Both the position numbers and the translations under genes were made by a program. Positions 10,801 to 22,511 of a DNA stretch of 64,000 bases are shown here, piece after piece; the stretch's first letter is position 1; each line of letters opens with the position of its first letter. Source of the stretch: Amoebophrya sp. A120 (taxonomy: Eukaryota > Protista > Dinoflagellata); the NCBI GenBank assembly GCA_905178155.1, contig CAJINV010000017.1, positions 240,722-304,721 of the forward strand, read 5' to 3'. A model generated the notes under the pieces. That model was not told the DNA's origin. It did not search any database and worked only from the letters and a program-made list of their open reading frames with translations.

Positions 10801-13681
10801 TGAGCAAAGGGGAACAGATTTTCGTGTGGTCAACCCTCACGCAAATTTACGTCAAGCTCTCTTGCGAACGCGAATGATGCCCCGACCTGAGCGCTCATCA
10901 ATGATCTTGAGTCACTGATTAGATCACGATCGTGTTTCGGAATGAAAAGCTGAATGCATATGAGGTGGATAATGCAAATAATGGCTAGTGGTATAATTAC
11001 AAAATGTGGCGCAAGGGCAGGGTATAATTACAAAGCTCCGCAAAGTTTTCTTCGAGCGCCACCTTGGTAAGGTACTTACAGCTAGTACTGCTACTAGGAT
11101 GCCATCCTAGTAGCAGTACGTAGTAGCTGTAAAAAGTACCTTACCAAGGCTCACTCAAAAATCTGGTCGTGGTGCTTAACAAGACCAGGGTTTCCTGGAA
11201 CAACCGGCGAAGATCAGAAATTTCCTTGGCCACGAAAGCATCTTTAGGGAAGAAGTGCCCTTGCGGTTCACTTTACAAGAACGGTGCTGCTTCTACGCAA
11301 GTAGCGGAGGAGGTCGCGAAAAATTTGTATAGATTCCTATTCTTGGAACTGCTCACTGAAGAAAGAAAATGGAAGAGGAAGGTTTTTACTGTTGACAGTT
11401 AGCGTTAGGAAACTTCCGCTTGATTGTGGACCGATGCAAATCGATCACATTCAGTTCGGATCGCTAAATAATTTTTGCGGTCGTGGCAGAAGAGAGTAGC
11501 TACACTATAAATAATCCGAGATCTCTGCTAATTCGACTCCGAACACGATCAACAATATACCACTGGGCAGTTCGAAGACAAGCACACAAGCGAGGCCTTC
11601 TTCGCAGGGAGGCTCACAACACCAGGGAGCGAGCTTGGTCCCGCGTGTCCTCGTGGAAAAGCTGCAACTGCTATTCGGGCGAGCTGCTGAATGGGTGCGC
11701 GACATGGCGCGCCCCAGTGCCTGGTCAGGGCCTGACTACGGCGCGGGGGATCGCAGACACAGCGCGGGGCCCTGCCGAGTAAGTTAGCCCCCCGCGGCGC
11801 CAATAGGGCAGGCGGGGCAAAACAAGGGGCGGGCGAAGGCGGGCGCCGCCAGGCCGGCAAGCCCCGAGCAGGGAGGTAGACGCCCGAAAAGCCCGCGGAG
11901 CGCGGCAAGGAGGGCCAACAGCGTGTGGAAAAAGCTGTGTGGAAAAAGCTGTTGGAATACAAAAAACACAGCAAGAACATCGAGCTGGCGGTGGTGGAGA
12001 CGCAGAAGGAGGAGCAGAAGAAATTTGACCAGTACCTGCTGGAACACAAAACGGTCTTCGACAGCGAGAAAGAAAAGCTGAAAAAACACCACTACGACGA
12101 AAAGCTGAACTTGAAAAACAAGCACGCGGAATCGCTGCGCGACCACGCATCGGAAATCGCGCAGGACTTTCAGGAAAAGCACGTGATGCTCTCCGAAGAG
12201 TTTCAACGGGGCATGCACGAGAATATGCAATGATGAAATGAATCAGATTTATAGTTTCGCGCCGTCGCCGTCGGATTCATTTTTTTTTTTTGTCATTCTG
12301 AATAAAATCGTGGAATTTGAAAAAGCTTTGAGAGAAGATGATCTCGTGCTTGGCGTTTTTTGCATCCCGACACCGACGCGTTCTCAAAACTAGATTCATT
12401 TCACCTGCATATGGCTGCGTGGTGAATTTGAGGAGAAGCTGGCAGCGCAATTTGAGGACTTCGAACAAAAGAAAAAGGACGAGGTACTAACAAGCGTACA
12501 GATGCAGTTTGGAACTTGGCCTTCTTGGAATTGAAATGGTCTTGCTGCTGTAAAAACAGAAAGGCTTTGATTTAGTCCTTTTGTGTCTGAGAAACATGCA
12601 CTCAATCAAGCAAGAAAAAGGAAATCGATCCATTCACATTCTAGGATTAAACAAGCACTGAATGACCATTCTCACGATCCTCAGCTCCATTTTCTCAACA
12701 TCACACATCAAACAGTCCTCCCGTCACGATCGCGAGCTGGTTGCGAAAAACCACGAGATTTCGCAGCTGAAACTCAAACACGAGGACGAGCGGAAGCATT
12801 TGCAGAAAAACCAGAAGAAGCTAGAAGCGGAGATTGCGAGTTTGCAACGGCAACTGTCGGAGAAGGACGGTTTCCTGCAGGAGTCCGAAAAGATCCTCAC
12901 TTTGGTGAAGGACGCGGTGGGAGGAGCAGGTCGGGATATGATTACCGCACATAGAAATACTTCGAGCGGTGCTCCTGTGGTCGCGAATTTTTATTCTGAA
13001 CGTGAAGGAGCTAGCGCAACTCATGCGAGCAGTACAACCACACCGTTGGCACCTGCTTCTTCATCTTCCACACCTCTGACGACCAACCACGACCGATCCG
13101 CCGGAGCCACGGGTGCGGGGCAAAACAGCAGTCATGCTTCGGCCGCGTTGACGTACTGCCAGAACGCATTGCACGAGATGCTGTTTACCATCGACCCCAG
13201 GTATCTCGGCCGGAGCGCACCAGCAGAAAATGAAAATGCTACCAATGAACTGGGTAACGGTAACGGAGCTCCAGTGAATCGCGACGCTTCATCAACTTTA
13301 TCTGACCAGCAGCAGCAAAAGAGAAATTTAACGCCGCAGGGAGCTGCAGTTCTGCCGGCGCCTAAGGGAGGAGGTGCTAGCAGTTTACTCCACGAGGAGT
13401 CCTCTCACTACCGCTTGGACAGGCAGGAAGATGTCGAAAACGAAGATTTTCGTACCATGTCGCCGCGCTGGATGCCGAAGAAGGGCCAGGTTGTGGTTGG
13501 ACGCCACGTGTTGAATCGAGTGAAAAACAACGTAGTTGATGTTCCCAACAAAAAAACTCGTGCTTGTTCCGGAACAAGTAGTAACAGCAGTAGTGCGAAA
13601 GAATATTCGCAAAGCGACGTTGCTCTCGCGGATGACACCACGCCGGTAGAAGAAGCTGCTGCGGAGGAGCACCAGCACTAG
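7862..13681 (+). CDS. Low-complexity / coiled-coil protein, ~922 aa, 5 predicted exons (7862-8984, 9235-9595, 11972-12222, 12416-12483, 12716-13681)
   Basis: Three GT-AG introns (8985-9234, 9596-11971, 12484-12715) and one introner join the ORFs in frame (2769 nt). Heptad-like E/K/Q-rich segments. Confidence 0.7.
9700..10600. repeat. Composite foldback/satellite-like repeat inside an intron
   Basis: GAGTTGAGACCGA units (~9758-9822) face a TCTCAACTCG 10-mer array (~10149-10330). Between them lie ~9 near-palindromic TTTTCAGCTGAAAAAA units at ~31-34 bp spacing. Confidence 0.85.
11062..11149. repeat. Near-perfect 88-bp palindrome
   Basis: CCTTGGTAAGGTACTT-ACAGCTA-GTACTGCTACTAGGATG-C-CATCCTAGTAGCAGTAC…TAGCTGT…AAGTACCTTACCAAGG. 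Confidence 0.95.
12224..12411. mobile_element. Introner-like TIR element (degenerate TSD)
   Basis: TATGCAATGATGAAATGAATC … GATTCATTTCACCTGCATA. Flanks GAGAA/TGGCT. 193-nt removal restores frame. Confidence 0.8.
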
Positions 13682-14816
13682 GCGGAGCCGAGAAGTTGTG
13701 CTTCCGGTTTCGGTCCCGCTGCAGCACCGTCGTGGTACTAGAAGCACAAGAAGAACGAACAACTACACTGTCGTGTGTAGCAGGCTGCAAAGTTGTGCTG
13801 GCACTGAATCAAGTACTACAACTCTAAGCATACTACCTCGTAGTGTTCGTTCTGTCGAAAGTAATTCACTCTTCTTCAAAACAAAAAACTCATCTAATTT
13901 AGGTTTCAGTTTCAAAATTATTTTTATCATGCCTACAACCTAGTTGCTGCTTGTGAATAGTCTTAGTCTCCATAACATTACGCACACTATCACTCTTCTT
14001 GTGTTTCATCTCTACCAATTTCCGTCTTCCAGACCAGTCATTGAATGTTGTCTTGCCCTGGAGTTGCCGGACACTGTACAAAAAACAAAGAACGCAGTAG
14101 TAGAAGCCGTTTTCGCTATTGATATTTCACAGCGAGCGACCGACACAGACTTGCTTCACATAGCTCGTCTTGTGCGCAGCGAAGACAGGAGCCACCGCAG
14201 ACTTGCTTCATCCTGTTCGCCCCTCGTCTTGTGCGTCCTGAAGCTGTAGCTGAGAGCTTTCACGTCGGAGGAGAAAACGAAAAGCGTGCAGCTTGACTAG
14301 CGTTGCTCAGAGCACGCACGTGAGTGACTGATCGAGTGAGCTTATACTAAGCGGTCTGATGTTTGTGTTTGAGAGGCGCGGATAAGTAGGGTCGGTCTGT
14401 CTACCGACTCATTAACCGGAGGAGCGAGTGCGAGAAGCAGATGTCAGTGTCACGCTACTGGTATTGGGGTCGTGCTGCAAAGAAATACAAATGGGTGGAG
14501 GCTAAGTTGAGAGGAGGCTGAAGTGGCTCTACCGCCAATCGGCAAGGCTGAAATGAGCACAAATGAGCGATGTAGATCGCGAGTCACTTCTACTTGCGTT
14601 GCCTGCATATAACAAATTGTTTCTGTTTGGTCGTGGGGATCGACAGCAAAGCTGAGAAACATAAATATGCCACGCACCACCATCGCAGTTAGTTTCAACA
14701 CTCTGCTGCGGTCGTCCTGTATCCAAAAAATATCTGTCTACTATGCAAACAAGAACACAGATTTACATCAAATTGATACTTACGCTTACCGCAAAACACG
14801 ATAGCACATCGTGAAC

Positions 14817-17800
14817 ATGAAGTGGTTCCTCCGCACTTGTTGCATAAAGCCGGTCCACCGAGCCGTGACGCAACCCTTAAAGCATCCCAGGCACCTGATT
14901 TTCCTGTTTTCTCTCTATTTCGCACTGTTGAATGCCGAGCTGTACCTGGGCCAAAGCTACTTCTCCAGCTTGTCCATTGTGCCGCCGCAAAACTTCACCT
15001 GGTTCTGGACCGAGGACGTCGGGGAGTCGCTGAATTTGCAGATCATCATCGCCACCACGATCTTCTACACTCTCTTCTACATCTTTGCCATTGCGGGGAT
15101 CCTCTGGTGCAGTTACTGCATGGCACTGTATCTGCTACTCAGAGTCTTGGTGAAGTGCGGGGGCGGTTCTGGGTCTGGTCGGCGCGGGCAAGAACGACTG
15201 AGGCACAAATATCTTAGAGGGAACAAGACTACCAGCAGCTGCGACCCTTCTGACGAAAATTTTTCATCATCTGGTCGCGAAAATACTTCCAGCTTGTACA
15301 GCAACAGTAGCGGTTTATTTCCCCTTCAACAAGAGCAACAGTTGAGGCAAAGGGAGTTACAACAACTTCCTACTTCTGGTAGTTCTAGTACGGCGACTGC
15401 TGCAGCTTCCAACGGCATGATTAATTACACAGATGGAAAGAACGAAAATTGCAGCCCATTGGAATTACAGCAAACTACGACCTCGTCATTGTCCACAATT
15501 ACCCGGTTGCAACAGCATCTCAACAAGCAGATTGCGGCTTTGCTCCACCGAGCCAACGCACAGACCCTGACCAAGTTTTTCTTCCCTCTGTTCGCACTCC
15601 TCGCCGTTTGCGCCATTTCGGTGGTTGCGCGGAGCAGTTGGGAGCTCTCAAACTGGTTGGCGGAGGGAGATATTGAGATGAAGGTGCTGCAGTATCCCGT
15701 GCAAATACCCGTGAGCAACCACAATTCGCCGGGAACTACAACTTCCTCCGCCTACAGTAGCATAGCTGCGAATGCCTACAGCGGCGCGACGAGGAGCGCT
15801 GGTTCGAACGAAAATCAATCGAATTATGTCGACACCAGCAGAAGTAGTGCTTCAAACACGAACACTTACCGCACTGAGCAGCGCACCACGATCGAGCTTT
15901 ACCAGCAAGCCGGAGTTTTGGGAGAAGATGGCGAGGAAAACTCTTCTGCCGGCGGCGAACGACGAGTAACAATTTCGCACGCACTGGTTTCTCCCCACGG
16001 CATCAGAAAAGCCTACGGAAGTCGTTACATGCCCTCGAGCTTCTTTCTCCCGTTTGCGGTGTACGAAGGCGGAGGTGATGGAGAGCAGAACTTTTTCTTG
16101 CGCTTGGGAATGGTTTTATGGAAGGCAATCGTAGAATTTCTGCTTCCGTCTCTGATCCACCTCGTTTTCCCGTTGGTCCTTTTCCTGAAAGCGCGCCTGC
16201 AGTGGTCGCAGATGCAGGTTTTGAACTTTTGCGACGGAACAAATAAGGGCAGCTGTTTGTCTGCGTTTTCTGCTGTAGAGGATGGCTCTTACAGCGGCCG
16301 GGGAGACGAGGGTGAGGAGAAGCTGCTGAACAATCAGTCCGCGACCCGGGTGACAGCACGCCCTGGTGGAGAGGCGGCCTACGACTACACCGGTGATGAA
16401 GATACTATCGAGTCTGGGGGAGGTGGGGGAGGCCATAATCCTGCTCTATCGGTCCGGGAGATGAGGGTCATGCAGTCGGATTTAGAACTCAACCAGGTCG
16501 TGGCGATCGACGATCGTTTTTTATGTCGGGACAACAGACAACAGGAGTACCACAGAGGACTGGAGCAAGCATCATACTTTCGAGGCGAAGATCCGTCGAG
16601 AGCAAATGGCCGATCGCTTGATATTAACGAAGACGCGGGTCCTCGTCCGACGTGGCGCAGGTACCTTCAACGTCTGCGAGCCTACGCGGCACTTGCGCGA
16701 AGATCTGTTTCGGTTTTGCTGGCGCCTTTTTTCCGACTCACGGAAATTGTTGTTTCGAGACACGGGAACAGAATCCGGCTGGGATTGCTCCACGCGACCA
16801 CCATTTTGAATGACTTTGATCTGCAGGAGCTGATGCGCGAAAACACAGCCACGTTCTGTGCCATGCTGAATTCAAATGATTTTCAGCTGCTAGAGGGGAG
16901 GAACTTCTCCAAGGATAGCTGCGCAGGGGCAGGTCCAAGTGGGGATGAGAGGGGCAATACCAATGAACGGGCGCTCGTGAATGCTGACAGCGCGCCGAAT
17001 TCTGCCGGAGTAGGTGGACTTGTTCCACCGCATTCGGCTCCTAATGCAACTCCTGGCAGAAGTGCCAGTGGTTTGACCCTGATTACCGACACGGACCGCA
17101 GTCACGGACAGTCGCAACCATCAACATCTTCGTCCGCCACTGGAGCAATGTACAATCAGACCGCGATGGCGCGCCGGAGCATCAGCTCGCCAACGTCTCC
17201 CGGTCGACCACGGATGGAAAACCTGCATTCGCCGGGCTTGCTCGGCACCAGTCCGGATGTTGAGCAGTCCTTGCAGCTTCTCGCACCCGAAAGCGCGTCG
17301 ACTTCGCCGTCCGCGTATGCACTGCAAAAGTATATATCGTAATCGTACTACTATTCCAAATCGCATTCCAAATTTTCTTTTTCTGGCGAACGAAAATCCT
17401 GCAACTTGTCACGTTAGATCATTCAGGTCGAAAAATGGACCTGTCACGCACGACTGCGACTAGTACGGATGCGATACTTTTGTAGAGGATACCGTGGCGA
17501 GGGCGAACGGCACTCGGACACTCTCTAACGTGGTGTCAGGAGGCGCCAGCGCAACTGCCACTAGTGCAACAGGAGGATTGGAGGTTTTGAACAATCAGGC
17601 TGATGTTGCTATTGACATACTCCTTTCAACCGACGATGCACGAAGATCCAACTCCGCCGGGGCGCACACTACCCCATCCGGTGCCGCAGGAGTTTCAGAC
17701 AGCAGCGCGATGATCACCCTCTTGTCCACCCCAGTCGGCAAGTTCACGGTGTGCAAGCGAAAGCTGAAAAAGATCCTCCGTGCGCTGCTGCTGGGTTACC

Positions 17801-20442
17801 TTTTTGTCGGTATCCTGCTTTTCATCGTTGGCCGCGTCGCGCTCTACCCCTTGGCGTTCGACCGAATTCACTTCGTTCCCCGGCAAACTTATGAATTGCA
17901 AAAGTATCGTACTCCTACTCGTATAAATGCATTACAAATTTCCTCAGCGTGAGAGATAAAATTTCTAATGCTGATTTACCCTTCTAAGAGAAGGATTTGC
18001 AATGCATGATTGCAATACGAGTACGATACTTTTGCACAGGATAAAACTGCTTTCTTGTTGATGAACTCGCCAGATTACAAGTGGCGCACAATCTATCGCA
18101 AGGAAAAAGAAAAACTGTTTCACAGTGAACTTGTGATGCAGAGAATGGAGCACAGAACGATTTGTCTTGCTACACCTGCAAGATGTTGGATTTTTTAGCG
18201 TGTTTTCCCTTGGGAAGCGCACATGGCAAATTTTCTGTGTCATGTGTAACAAACTTGTGATGCAGATCTTGCAAGATCATCACAGTGAAGCACTTTTTTC
18301 GTGGGATACAATCGCCAGGCGGTATCTGGGCTTGCCGATCGTAGAGCCTGAACAGGAGCAGGTCGGAAGTGCAACAGGAGCATCTTCGAGTGGTGGAATA
18401 GTAGAAGAACAAAGTGCACTAAGAAGTAGTCACGACACGATGTTGGCCAGTGAAAACAGCAATGGAATGAACAATGATCTCGCAGCCTACTCCTGCGACA
18501 GAGTTGTCCTCCGCACTGGAGGCAGCACAGGACGTCCCGCTGATCTTCCCACCGTTGAACAGGCGCTGTCTCCTGGAGCTTCCGTTTCGTGCAAATTTTC
18601 CAAGGCTACCAGTCGAAAATCGGCCCGGGCCCCTCCCGCGGCTTACTTTTTCTTCCACGGCAACGGCGCAGGAATTTCGCACTCATTCAACGACGCATTT
18701 CAGGTGGCAAATCGCATTCTGCTGAACGAGGAACCAATGCAACGAGGTGTGCACGACCGATCCTCAGCCACCAGAACAAGCGCGACCCCCTCCTCGTCTG
18801 TGACCACCTTTCTCCACACGTATCCGGGCTACCGGGCCAACATCGGCGACACCGAGCATATGAGATTGCGCAAATTCAGCTCTATTTCCCGCCCTCATTG
18901 GTCATACAAAGTTCCAAATTTACTGGTTGACGTTTTCCGCCACTGCATGCGATGAAGTTCGGGGACGACCACGCCAAACAGCACTACACTCTGCGTGTGC
19001 ATTTGTCAAGCAGAAGCTGCAGTGGTCTACTTACTTACTTCTCACTGTTGCGGTTGCTTCCGTTACTGTACACGCCATGCAAAGACGGGGGAGATCGAGC
19101 TGTGCACTCGGATAGGCCACGTTATGAGCCCAGTGCATGTGCAGGAGAGGGCCGCGGCGCTGCTAGCGGAGGGAATCATGCAGACAGTGGATGGCGCCGC
19201 TGGTACAAACGAACGAAGAGAAACACACGACCCGTTATCATTGCCAAAAATCATCGTCCATGGGGTTTCCCTTGGCTGCATGGTATTGACCGGCGCCTTG
19301 AATTTGTTGAGTGACGTAATTGTCTCCAAAATTACCCACGTCGTCCTGGAAGCGTGTTTCGATTCAAGCTATAACATCTTCTTGCGCAAAACGCATTTCT
19401 TCACCTATCCGTTTGCGCCTTTCTTTTTCCCCGCACGGCATGGGCCCGAGATATGCATTGCACACAAATCGCACTGGTATCTTTATCTATACATCGCATC
19501 ACAAATCAAAAATGCAGTTTGTCATTCTGGATCAGGTGGAAAGTAAACTCATACTGCATGAAGTGGCTGCAATTTATAGATACCAACATACGAGTGCGAT
19601 ACTTTTGCACAGGATAAGAGAGCACCATCGACAATCTTGCGAGGTTTGTGGGGCAAAACGCGGAGAAGTTTCAACAACTTCCTCAGGAGCAGATATGAGA
19701 GTGCACAATTCCACCTCGTTGTTCAAAACACGACCAACTCGATTCTGTATCTCTGCCTCTTTGCCGTTGGTATGCACAAGGACAGGCTCTCAAACAGACC
19801 TGTCATCCTGTGTGACGTAAAATTTGGCATGCAGAAGACCCTGCACTCTTGATGCCGGCGCCGCTTGTATTGCTGCGGATCATGCCCTTCAAGAAATGAG
19901 AGAGAGGGGGAGCTTTGTGCGCTGTCATACGAGATGAAGGAGAACATGGTGAGCAATCTGGATGCTGTTGAGCTTCAGGGCGGTGGTCGAACAAGTTCCC
20001 AAGAAAGCACACAACGTCGAAAAATGCGCATAAAAATCATTGAGAAGGAACTTGACGAAGTGGTGTATGCGGACATGTCCAGTGACATTGCGGCGGCTGT
20101 GACATCGGTTTTGACGGAAAAGCAAATCTCGTATAATGAACCCATTTTGTTGGTCCAAAGGCACGGGAGCCACAACCAACTAATTGTCAACCTGGACGAT
20201 GTACCAACTACAAAAGTATCGTACTCGTACACGTACAAAATTGCATTTTCCAGGATGATATATAGCCTGGCAACTGTCCTTACCTTTTGCTTTTTCGGCA
20301 TGACTATTCATAAAACGAAATTCATTTTATTTGTTGTTTGTTTTGGAAATTTGTCATGGAATTTGCACTCCTACGATACTTTTGAAATGCATACGGTGAC
20401 AACGAAGACTTTCTGACCTTCAAACAATTTCTGCTGAAATGA
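14817..20442 (+). CDS. Membrane-associated alpha/beta-fold serine hydrolase (ABHD12/13/17-like C-terminal domain), ~1400 aa, 8 exons separated by 7 introners
   Basis: Several hydrophobic segments in the N-terminal half. Motifs FFHGNG, HTYPGY, HGVSLG (GxSxG), VLEACF, IDNL, HGSHN. All seven element+5 nt removals keep one frame to TGA 20440-20442. Confidence 0.8.
17316..17491. mobile_element. Introner, family A
   Basis: TATGCACTGCAAAAGTAT … ATACTTTTGTAGAGGATA. TSD CCGCG/CCGTG. 181 nt restores frame. Confidence 0.9.
17890..18043. mobile_element. Introner, family A
   Basis: TATGAATTGCAAAAGTATCGTACTC … GAGTACGATACTTTTGCACAGGATA. Perfect TSD AAACT. 159 nt. Confidence 0.93.
18094..18308. mobile_element. 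Introner, family D-related
   Basis: TATCGCAAGGAAAAAG … CTTTTTTCGTGGGATA. Perfect TSD CAATC. 220 nt restores frame (WRTIARRYL). Confidence 0.9.
18859..19114. mobile_element. Introner, family F (degenerate)
   Basis: TATGAGATTGCGCAAATTCAGCTC vs right reverse complement TATCCGAGTGCACAGCTCGATCTC (15/24). Flanks GAGCA/GGCCA. 261 nt in frame. Confidence 0.7.
19452..19616. mobile_element. Introner, family A
   Basis: TATGCATTGCACACAAATCGCACT … AGTGCGATACTTTTGCACAGGATA. TSD CGAGA/AGAGA. 170 nt. Confidence 0.88.
19694..19929. mobile_element. Introner, family F
   Basis: TATGAGAGTGCACAA … TTGTGCGCTGTCATA. TSD GCAGA/CGAGA. 241 nt restores frame. Confidence 0.85.
20202..20393. mobile_element. Introner, family A
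   Basis: TACCAACTACAAAAGTATCGTACTCG … TACGATACTTTTGAAATGCATA. TSD CGATG/CGGTG. 197 nt. Confidence 0.85.
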
Positions 20443-21016
20443 AAGTGTAAGTGATACTGATAACCCCGCATTTCATATATCAACAACCGTAGAAATGCCA
20501 CAATTTCATCTTACCGCTATGGTGCGTAGTTACTCGGCACAAAAAAAACAATGTGTTGATGTTGTTCGTGTCCGAGTCCAGCGACCAAGATGAAGATCAA
20601 GATACAACGCCACGACAGGACTTTGACTACTTTCTCCTGAGCCGAAGTTTTTTGATGATTTTTTTTCTGTGGAATGCAAACAACAAAAATACAAGAAGGA
20701 CCACCACATTGAGACGTTGTGCAGTAGTAGTTGCCGTAATCTGGGCCTGTTCTGAAAGGAAAACGCAAACGATCCATATTGAGTCCAGTTTTGAAACTGC
20801 CTCTTTCATCTAGCGTAGTCAAAAAATCCAAAAAGGCTATCAAGGATGGGATCACGACCAAGATTAGACATACAACCAACATTGCGAGTAGTCCGACTGT
20901 TGATGTCGATCGGATCCTTCTGTCATTCAGTTTCAGGCTAAGTAGTCTTATTTTTTGGAATCTTTATCTTTCATCGGCGCTCCTGATTGTACATCAGTTT
21001 CAAGTTGTTGTAGAAT

Positions 21017-22511
21017 ATGACTAGAAACCTTATCACGATGTGTAATTTGTTGGCGTTCAAAATCTTGACGGCCGTATCTCTGGCAAACACAATTAAAGTC
21101 ACTGCCAGTGTAGTCGAGCCTGAGAAGCACAAGCAGCAACAACGTTCTACCGCGGGAAGTTGTACTTCCTTTGCCGATGACCAACCCCGGATTGATGCTT
21201 CCGGTAATACCAATGCAGCACCAGATGAAGATTTTGATTTGTTGCTTGCCTGCGAACCAGGCAACACGGCGGACGTGACCGCGCTTTCTACTACACAGCA
21301 AGAAGCACACGCTAACGGCGGCTATTTTTCTAACTTTTCTAAGTACCTGCGTGCACACGAAGAATTAGAATCCTGCGAACTAGGAGTTAAACCCTGCTCT
21401 ACTACTGAGATCCCTCGCCCTCCAGCGTTTGAGTTTGACCTGGCCAGCAGCTTGCAAGACGAAGGCAATCCTTTCCAGCATTACCTTCTCCAGGGATTTC
21501 TCCGCACACGGCGGGAGTTCGCGAAACTTACGCGGGTCTCGAAAAAAACCAGGGCAGCCTTGCAGCTAGCGGAAAGCAGCCTGCGGAAAAACGGACAGAA
21601 AGTCTACGAGCCTTTCCGTTCTGTGCCGGAACTCGAGGAAGTGATGCAACTGTGGTGGACTGATGAATACAGGAATGAGAGACGTGGTCTAGACAATGAT
21701 GATGATGATGATGATGAAGATAATCTCAACACCAAGGAGCAATATTACGAGGATCTTCGGTACGCCGCCGAGGCAAAATACGGGCCGGTGGAGCAGTGGG
21801 ACGTTGGCCAGCTTGACCGGCTTCCGGAGTTTTGTTTTTTGGAGAAGGAAGCTTGCGCTAAATTGTTTTTTGGAGAAGGGGGTGAAAGCCGAAGCGTCGC
21901 GGTGGATTGACGTGTATCTCTCGTCTTTTCGGGTCTCGCATTGGCAGACCAGAGGCATCAAAGAAATGAGCTATGCTTTCCAAGGCTGCGGTAAGGGTTT
22001 TAACCAGCCGCTTCACTGGGACACAAGTACGGTGCGGCACATGTACGGGGTGTTTCAGGGCTGTGACGACTTCAACGACCCTTCAATTCGCTCGTGGAAC
22101 GTGAGCCTCGTAGAGCATATGTCCGGAATGTTTCAGGATGCCAAGAGCTTCAATCAGGACCTCGGGAGTTGGAAGTTGAGCCCGAATCTGCGCGCGGTCA
22201 GCGGTATGTTTTGGGGCGCTGCCGCATTTGACCAAAACCTCGAGACGTGGGGTGCGGTGATACTGGCAAACTTTAGCAATCTCCATCGAAGTCGTAAAAA
22301 ATTTGAACCTGCGGACACCACGGAGTGTAGTAACACAGAGCGGATGCCTAGAGGAACGGTTGTTTCTCACCGCATGGCTCTAGTCGACGGCTGTGGCAGA
22401 GGCAACTCCTGGCCAATGAATAAAGACTGTTGGACACGGGCGTTTGAGCTGCCGTGGGATCGTGTCCAAGAACGTTTAGAGCAAGTATCTCGCGGATGGG
22501 TCCGCTACTAG
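21017..22511 (+). CDS. Secreted DUF285 (bacterial-type ~25-residue surface repeat) protein, interrupted by a 31-nt frame-breaking duplication at 21832-21879
   Basis: Signal-peptide-like N-terminus. Repeats FNQPLHWDTSTVRHMYGVF and FNDPSIRSWNVSLVEHMSGMF. ORFs 21017..21910 and 21696..22511 join on removing 31 nt. Confidence 0.8.

Larger units (their letters stand above)
9548..11971 (+). repeat. Three direct copies of an exon-end sequence (9548-9598, 10654-10704, 11937-11971; partial copy 11920-11936)
   Basis: Core GTGTGGAAAAAGCTGTTGGAATACAAAAAACACAG is identical in all three. Copies 1 and 2 match at 50/51 nt. Confidence 0.95.

Noticed and set aside
9548-11971. CRISPR-like reading of the three 35-bp repeats
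   Set aside because: Spacers exceed 1 kb, the repeat is coding exon sequence, and there are no cas genes.
18128-18266. 15-bp direct repeat AACTTGTGATGCAGA as an intron boundary (124 nt also restores frame)
   Set aside because: Both copies are the shared internal motif inside element 18094-18308, which has proper TIRs and a perfect TSD.
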